Position numbers and translations under genes: made by a program. Of a stretch of DNA of 12,357 nucleotides, positions 7,060-12,357 are shown in pieces. The stretch is from Thermoproteota archaeon (lineage in GTDB: Archaea; Korarchaeota; Korarchaeia; B14-G2): positions 1 to 12,357 of the forward strand of contig JAVCBW010000001.1 in the NCBI GenBank assembly GCA_037917675.1. Direction: 5' to 3'. Position 1 is the first letter of the stretch. The number at the start of each line of letters is the position of its first letter. The notes under the pieces were generated by a model. The model made no database searches. It was not told the DNA's origin and saw nothing but the letters and a program-made list of their open reading frames with translations.

Positions 7060-8531
7060 TAGCTGTGGTTGATGCAGGCACAACCATGATAAAGCTAGCA
7101 GTCTACGACGATGGGAAGCTAGTGGAGCTGCTGAAGGACCCTATCAGGAAGCATAGCCCTCAGCCAGGTTGGGTTGAGATCGACGCAGAGGACCTAGCGA
7201 GGAAGTGCATCAGGCTAGTCGACGAAGCCATGGAAAAGCATGAGATAGAGGCTATAGCTGTGACAAACCAGAGGGCTACAGCTGTGCTCTGGGATGAGAG
7301 GACAGGGAAGCCAGTGATGCCAGCTGTAGGCTGGCAGGACACACGTGCAGAGCCTACTGCAGCAGAGCTGAACAGAAGGTGGGTGCTGAGAGCTGGGAGG
7401 GCCCTAGGGAAGCTCACGTCGCTAGCTGCAGCAGCCCTACCGAGGCTGAAGGCCAGCAGGAGAGCTAAGTGGCTGATCACAGTATCCAAGCTAGCTCTCA
7501 AGTCAGAGCACACCAGCATCAAGCTCAGGTGGATGCTAGATCAGCTTGGCGAGAAGGCCAGCAGGCTTAAGCTGAAGGCTGGCACAATAGACAGCTGGCT
7601 AGTCTACAGGCTCACAGGAGAGCATGTGACAGACTACTCAAATGCTGCTGCAACAGGGATGTACGACGTCTTCTACATGCACTGGAGCAATACCATCCTG
7701 AGCCTTATAGGAGTCAGTGAGGACATGCTGCCAGCTGTGAAGCCATCAGACGACGTCTTCGGAGAGTACAGGGGGATCCCTGTAACAGGGGTGATAGCAG
7801 ACCAGTCAGCCTCACTATATGCGCTAGGCTGCTGGGAGAGAAATGAGCTAAAGGTCACAAATGGGACAGGTAGCTTCATCGACCTGAACATAGGAGAAAG
7901 CCCAGCTGCATCCACAAGAGGCCTGCTGCCTCTTGTAGCATGGAGGCTAAAAGGCGAGACGAGATACATGCTAGAAGGCATAGTCCCCTACAGCGGAGCA
8001 GCCATAGAGCTCCTAAAGAGCCTAGGCCTCTACACAGATGTAAGAGAGACGTCAGACATGGCATATAGGTCAAGAGACGAGAGCCTACTTCTAATACCAG
8101 CATTCACATCCTTAGGCACACCATACTACACTCAAGCTCCAGGCCTACTCTATGGCCTATCAAACACGACATCAAGAGAAGACATAGTTAAAGCCCTGCT
8201 AGAAGCAATAGCATTCAGGATAGCAGAGGTAGTAGACCTCATGAGGTCAGAGCTATGGAAGCCGAGGAAGATAAAGTGTGATGGAGAGGCCTCATCAAAC
8301 GACTTCCTACTACAGAGGATAGCTGACACAACAGGGCTACCAGTTGAGAGGCCAACAATCCTCTCAGGATCATCATATGGAGCACACCTCATAGCTGGAA
8401 GAGCTCTAGGGAAGTGGAAGAGAGGCCAACAGATCCCAGTAGCAAGAGTGTTCAAAAGGGAAAGAATCCTCACAGAGAAGTACACAAGGTGGAGAAAGCT
8501 CCTCAAGAAAGCCATCTCCATGAGAGTCTAG
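7056..8531 (+). CDS. FGGY-family kinase, glycerol kinase 5 (GK5)-like
   Basis: 491 aa; DAGTT, PGWVEID, TNQR, WQDTR, GTIDSWL, TDYSNAAATG, ADQSA, KVTNGTGSFIDLN, DGEASSNDF. ATGA overlap with the upstream stop, SD GGTGATGG. Confidence 0.92.
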   Translation: MIAVVDAGTTMIKLAVYDDGKLVELLKDPIRKHSPQPGWVEIDAEDLARKCIRLVDEAMEKHEIEAIAVTNQRATAVLWDERTGKPVMPAVGWQDTRAEPTAAELNRRWVLRAGRALGKLTSLAAAALPRLKASRRAKWLITVSKLALKSEHTSIKLRWMLDQLGEKASRLKLKAGTIDSWLVYRLTGEHVTDYSNAAATGMYDVFYMHWSNTILSLIGVSEDMLPAVKPSDDVFGEYRGIPVTGVIADQSASLYALGCWERNELKVTNGTGSFIDLNIGESPAASTRGLLPLVAWRLKGETRYMLEGIVPYSGAAIELLKSLGLYTDVRETSDMAYRSRDESLLLIPAFTSLGTPYYTQAPGLLYGLSNTTSREDIVKALLEAIAFRIAEVVDLMRSELWKPRKIKCDGEASSNDFLLQRIADTTGLPVERPTILSGSSYGAHLIAGRALGKWKRGQQIPVARVFKRERILTEKYTRWRKLLKKAISMRV

Positions 8532-8800
8532 CAGAGGCAGCCCTAAGCTCCACATCACACTATGAGCCCTCTTAAGATGGTTCACTTGCCTCCTAGAACA
8601 TATGCTACATCAGCTCTATCTGAGCCATAAGCATATGCACAGCTACACTCTAGATGCGTCTCTCCATGCTCACCTGGCTTCTAGAGGGCCTCCACTCTCA
8701 GCTGAGAGCAGCATTACCCTCCCCTATATCGCTCTGTGAAGCAGCTTATGTAGCATCACATGGCTGCTAAGCCTAAGCCACATGGCTAGTCCTAAAGCAG

Positions 8801-8809
8801 CTTTTATAT
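8801..8809 (+). promoter_or_regulatory. Putative TATA box upstream of the pseudogene region
   Basis: CTTTTATAT preceded by AAAGCAG; strongest AT-rich box in 8532-8920. Confidence 0.45.
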
Positions 8810-8921
8810 GATAGCTTCATGTCTAGGCTGGTGCCTGGATTGAGGCGCTCTATGAGGAGGATCGGCAAGCTACGCCCAGGTAGAGTGCTCGGCTACATAG
8901 TGAAGCATAGGGTAGAGGTAC

Positions 8922-9350
8922 ATGGGAGTGAGGGTGAGGCTGAAGATAAGGGGAGCTGAGAGGGAGCTAGAGTCTTCAGCGCTCATTAGCACAGGCTTTG
9001 AGGCTGATGAGCCTGAGGTCCTGCTTCCAGCTAAGCTTGCTGAGGAGCTAGGCCTGTATCCTCCTAAGACAGGTGCTATAGTCTAGGAGTATGATGTTGT
9101 TGGTGGAGTAGCTATACTCATCAAGTGCCCTGAGAAGGTTTATGTCAAGGTGGAAGCTGAAGACAGGGAGACAGACTTTATTGAAGCACTCCAGTAGTAT
9201 CTGCAGGTGAAAGTGAGGTCTTGATCAGCGGCATGCTGGCTTCAGCTCTCAAGCTGTCAGTAGTAGACCCTGCTAAGGGCATATGGAAGTTCAGAGACGA
9301 CCCATCTAGCACCACTAGGGAAGAGTGCTTCTCTGACATGCTGGGAGTAG
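8922..9350 (+). pseudogene. Pseudogene of a small archaeal hypothetical protein, possibly clan AA (retropepsin-like) fold
   Basis: ATG 8922 reads MGVRVRLKIRGAERELESSALISTGFEADEPEVLLPAKLAEELGLYPPKTGAIV*(TAG 9084-9086)EYDVVGG...TDFIEA. After a frameshift at ~9188 it continues TPVVSAGESEVLISGMLASALKLSVVDPAKGIWKFRDDPSSTTR. A probable second shift at ~9320 gives KSASLTCWE* (9350). Purine-rich, coding-like codons throughout. Confidence 0.75.
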
Positions 9351-9423
9351 CCTGCCACCTGATAGTGCAAGCTACATGGCTTTAAGGATATCTTGCGACG
9401 GCCTGTAGGCTACAGCTGCCCAC

Positions 9424-9436
9424 TAAGTTTTTAATA
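9424..9436 (+). promoter_or_regulatory. BRE/TATA promoter of the acyl-CoA dehydrogenase/CoA-transferase operon
   Basis: TAAG-TTTTTAATA about 30-40 nt before ATG 9466; SD-like AGGTG at 9456-9460. Confidence 0.6.
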
Positions 9437-9465
9437 GCCTTTCAAGTAGGGTTGTAGGTGTCGGT

Positions 9466-10668
9466 ATGCCAGATTTCAGCTTTACTGAAGAGCAGGAGCT
9501 TTTTAGGAAGACTGTCCGCGAGTTCTGTGAGAGGGAGCTTGAGCCTAGAGCTAGGGAGATAGATGAGAAGGGTGAGATACCAGATGTAGTCATCAAGGGG
9601 ATGGCGAAGCTGGGGCTAATGGGCATCATGCTATCATCAGAGTATGGTGGAAGCGAGGCTGATGTCACAACAGCTGCCATAGCTGCTGAGGAGATTGCTA
9701 GAGCTGACATAAGCTGTGCTACCGCCGTCTACTACCTAGTGCAGGCAGGCTGGAGCTACATATTCGAGAGGTATGGGAAGCCAGAGTGGAAGGATGAGAT
9801 ACTGCCAAAGCTCACTAAAGGGGAGGCCTGGGTTGGGATAGCTACAACAGAGCCAGGTGGAGGCTCAGATCTCGTTGGGATGAAAACCACGATGAAGAAG
9901 GTCGATGGAAAGTGGATCTTGAACGGTGAGAAAGCATACATAAGCGGCATAAGAGAAGTCTTGAAGTATGGTGGAGTCCACATGACTCTAGTGAAGACAG
10001 CTCCAGAGCTAGCACACAAGGGAATGACCTTCATTGCCCTACCGATAAAGGAGGCAAAGGGCATAGAAGTCTCATTCTTCGAGGACATGGGTAGGATGGG
10101 GATCTCAACTGGAGCCTTCAAGATGGACAGCGTGGAAGTCGATGAGAAGTGGATTGTAGGAGAGCTGAACAGAGGCTTCTACTATGCCATGGAAGGCTTC
10201 AATGTAGCTAGAGTCCTTGTTGCAGCAGCCTGCATAGGTGCAGCTGAGAAAGCTCTCGAGATAGGAATGGACTACATCAAGCAGAGAACAGCATTCGGAG
10301 CCCCCATCGCAAAGTATGAAGGCATACAGTTCAGCCTAGCTGACCAAGCTACTAAGATCGAGGCAGCTAAGCTCCTAACCTATAGGGCTGCCTGGGCTGT
10401 AGACCAGTTCTATAAGGGTAAGATGAAGGTCTCAGATGTCAACAAGTATGTTGCGATGGCTAAGCTCACTGCTCCACTCTGGGCCTTCGATGCAATCAAA
10501 GATGCGATGATGTGGCATGGCGCCTACGGTTACACGAAGGAGTGCCCACTGGAAATGGGGCTCAGAGGAGTGATGTCATACTGCATTGGAGCAGAGGGGG
10601 CTCAGAACATAATGAGGATAATCATAGGAAGAGAGCTCCTAGGCAGAGAATACATGCCATACAAGTAG
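9466..10668 (+). CDS. Acyl-CoA dehydrogenase family protein
   Basis: 400 aa; FSFTEEQELFRKTVREF, TEPGGGSD, LNGEKAYIS, RTAFGAPIAKYEGIQF, HGAYGY and IGAEGAQNIMR (Glu at the canonical catalytic position). Confidence 0.96.
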   Translation: MPDFSFTEEQELFRKTVREFCERELEPRAREIDEKGEIPDVVIKGMAKLGLMGIMLSSEYGGSEADVTTAAIAAEEIARADISCATAVYYLVQAGWSYIFERYGKPEWKDEILPKLTKGEAWVGIATTEPGGGSDLVGMKTTMKKVDGKWILNGEKAYISGIREVLKYGGVHMTLVKTAPELAHKGMTFIALPIKEAKGIEVSFFEDMGRMGISTGAFKMDSVEVDEKWIVGELNRGFYYAMEGFNVARVLVAAACIGAAEKALEIGMDYIKQRTAFGAPIAKYEGIQFSLADQATKIEAAKLLTYRAAWAVDQFYKGKMKVSDVNKYVAMAKLTAPLWAFDAIKDAMMWHGAYGYTKECPLEMGLRGVMSYCIGAEGAQNIMRIIIGRELLGREYMPYK

Positions 10669-10677
10669 GGGGGTCTT

Positions 10678-11871
10678 TTGCCTCCTCCCCTAGAGGGGAT
10701 CAGAGTCCTAGACCTCTCAAGGATACTAACAGGCCCATTCTGCACCATGATACTAGGAGACCTAGGAGCTGAAGTGATCAAAGTAGAGATGCCAGGTCGA
10801 GGAGACGACACACGAAGCTGGGGGCCACCCTTCCTAGATGGAGAAGCAGCATACTTCCTCTCAGTAAACAGGAACAAGAAGAGCATAACAGTAAACCTCA
10901 AGGCAGAGAAAGGCCGGGAGATAGTCTACAAGCTAGCTGAGAAGTCTGACGTGCTCATAGAAAACTTCTCACCCGGGGTAACAGAGAGGCTTAGAATAGA
11001 CTACAAGACGATAAGCAGGATAAACCCCAAGATAGTCTACTGCTCAATAACTGGGTTCGGGCAGACAGGCCCATACAGGAGCAGAGTAGCCTATGACATA
11101 ATCCTACAAGGCATGGGAGGCTTCATGGGGATAACAGGGGAGCCAGATAGGCCTCCCGTGAGGATAGGGGTTGCGATAACAGACCTGATAGCAGGGATGT
11201 ATGCTGCAATAGCCATACTCTCAGCTCTCAGAGCCAGAGACCAGACTGGGAGAGGACAGTACATAGATATAGCTCTGCTAGACAGCACAGTGAGCTTCAT
11301 GACCTATATGGCAGCAAACTACTTTGCAACAGGAGAGGTTCCACCTAGAATGGGCTCAGCTCACCCTAACATAGTCCCATACCAGTGCTTCAAGGCTGGC
11401 GACGGGAAGTACTTCACTTTGGCTGTCGCAAACGATAGGATATGGCAGAGCTTCTGTAAGGCAGTTGGCCTAGAGCACCTAGCAGAAGACACACGCTTCA
11501 AGACGAACCCAGATAGGGTCAGGAACAGAAGCCAGCTCATACCCATGCTAGAGAAGCTCTTCCTAGAGAAGCCAAGAGACGAGTGGCTAAAGATACTAGA
11601 GGAGAACAGGGTTCCAGCTGGCCCAGTATACACAATGGACGAGGTTTTCAGCGACCCACAGGTGCTACACCGCGAAATGCTCATAGAGATGAGCCACCCC
11701 AAGATAGGCAAGATAAAGCAGATAGGCACACCAATGAAGCTCTCAGAGACCCACTGTGAGATAAAGCTGCCACCACCACTACTAGGCCAGCACACAGAAG
11801 AAGTCCTCAAAGACCTACTAGGATACACCCAAGAGGAGATAAAGCAGCTAAGAGAGCAGGGAGTAATCTAA
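10678..11871 (+). CDS. CaiB/BaiF (family III) CoA-transferase
   Basis: 397 aa; PLEGIRVLDLSRILTGPF, LGDLGAEVIKVE, GDDTR, NRNKKS, ENFSPG, SITGFGQTGP, ITDLIAG (catalytic Asp), PPLLGQHTEEVL. TTG start 9 nt after the upstream stop, SD AGGGGGT. Confidence 0.96.
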   Translation: MPPPLEGIRVLDLSRILTGPFCTMILGDLGAEVIKVEMPGRGDDTRSWGPPFLDGEAAYFLSVNRNKKSITVNLKAEKGREIVYKLAEKSDVLIENFSPGVTERLRIDYKTISRINPKIVYCSITGFGQTGPYRSRVAYDIILQGMGGFMGITGEPDRPPVRIGVAITDLIAGMYAAIAILSALRARDQTGRGQYIDIALLDSTVSFMTYMAANYFATGEVPPRMGSAHPNIVPYQCFKAGDGKYFTLAVANDRIWQSFCKAVGLEHLAEDTRFKTNPDRVRNRSQLIPMLEKLFLEKPRDEWLKILEENRVPAGPVYTMDEVFSDPQVLHREMLIEMSHPKIGKIKQIGTPMKLSETHCEIKLPPPLLGQHTEEVLKDLLGYTQEEIKQLREQGVI

Positions 11872-11906
11872 CCCTCCCCCATTTCACCCTGGAACAGCTT
11901 CAGGAG

Positions 11907-12357
11907 CTAGGTCTCAGCATGCCCAGTGTAGCCATGCTGTTCCTCATCTGTAGCCTCCTCTACTCGAGTACGCCTCTCAGCTAGCCTCCTCCTTATCTCT
12001 GTGAGCTCACGCCTATACCTGTCCTCAACCTCAGCTAGAAGCTCTAACGCCACCCTCCTACACCCCTCCGGGTCCATCTTCTCGTATTCTGCCCTTCTCA
12101 CGCCAGTCTTCTCCAGGAAGGCTCTGTCCAGTAGGTACTCGATACACTCCCTATACTCTTCTTCATCAACTTCAAGGCCAAGTGAGAGCTTCAAGAGGAG
12201 GTTCTCTGGAGCTGGCAGAGCATAGTACACGCCACAGCTCTCGCAGGCTACTCCCTTGTCGACAAGCTCCCTGAAAGCCCCCTCAACCTCACTGACACTC
12301 AGCTTAAGCCTCTCAGCTACCTCACTTGGCTCACAGGCACCATGCTTGAGAAGCCAC
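11907..12357 (-). CDS. Partial (5'-truncated) winged-helix HTH protein, TrmB-like transcriptional regulator/chromatin protein
   Basis: The frame stays open from 12356: WLLKHGACEPSEVAERLKLSVSEVEGAFRELVDKGVACESCGVYYALPAPENLL..., a wHTH pattern (EVAERL..S.SEV...L..KG...Y.A.P.E.LL) followed by a helical/coiled tail. The track's 12230 start is internal. Confidence 0.72.
   Translation of the reverse strand, partial: WLLKHGACEPSEVAERLKLSVSEVEGAFRELVDKGVACESCGVYYALPAPENLLLKLSLGLEVDEEEYRECIEYLLDRAFLEKTGVRRAEYEKMDPEGCRRVALELLAEVEDRYRRELTEIRRRLAERRTRVEEATDEEQHGYTGHAET

Noticed and set aside
7056-8531. Assigning the symbol glpK
   Set aside because: It is clearly FGGY family, but it diverges from classical GlpK (long insertion, altered motifs), so specificity for free glycerol is unproven.
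9084-9086. In-frame TAG as possible pyrrolysine/readthrough codon
   Set aside because: The same gene also has frameshifts, the family is not a known Pyl carrier, and most genes here terminate at TAG. Ordinary decay is simpler.
11872-11906. Pyrimidine-rich tract between convergent genes as a terminator
   Set aside because: It is C-rich with only TTT and no oligo-T run, so it is plausible but not supportable.
84-12225. Numerous antisense or alternate-frame ORFs in the track (e.g. 84..377, 1077..1331, 1598..2029, 2605..3303, 5985..6422, 7160..8521 minus, 9423..10121 minus, 10512..10901, 11091..11828, 12001..12225)
   Set aside because: They lie over well-supported genes, are mostly Ser/Leu/Ala-rich shadows of the real codon usage, and carry no recognisable motifs.

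Overview
Archaeal chromosomal DNA, most likely from a thermophilic TACK/Thermoproteota-type organism. This is inferred from BRE/TATA promoters, GGTGA-type ribosome-binding sites, AGG/AGA/ATA/CTA codons and strong AGCT/CTAG enrichment. The window holds ten CDS (one truncated at the right edge) and one pseudogene. In order: a minus-strand pair (HhH-GPD/QNG1-like glycosylase-hydrolase with a C-terminal 4-Cys cluster, and an Ldh_2-family dehydrogenase); a DUF401 membrane protein; a stand-alone CCG-domain Fe-S protein; a divergent, translationally coupled 3-gene operon (alkyl-DHAP-synthase-like FAD enzyme, 4Fe-4S/CCG subunit, GK5-like FGGY kinase with an amphipathic insertion); a decayed small gene; an acyl-CoA dehydrogenase plus family III CoA-transferase operon; and a partial TrmB-like wHTH gene. 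The best leads are the AGPS-like/Fe-S/GK5-like operon as a candidate glycerol-ether (alkylglycerol) lipid pathway, a structured ~130-nt 5' leader in front of the CCG gene, an Fe-S QNG1-like enzyme in an archaeon, and a recurring intergenic ACATGGCT motif. I saw no rRNA, tRNA, CRISPR array or transposase. Family calls come from motif recognition by eye, not database searches.
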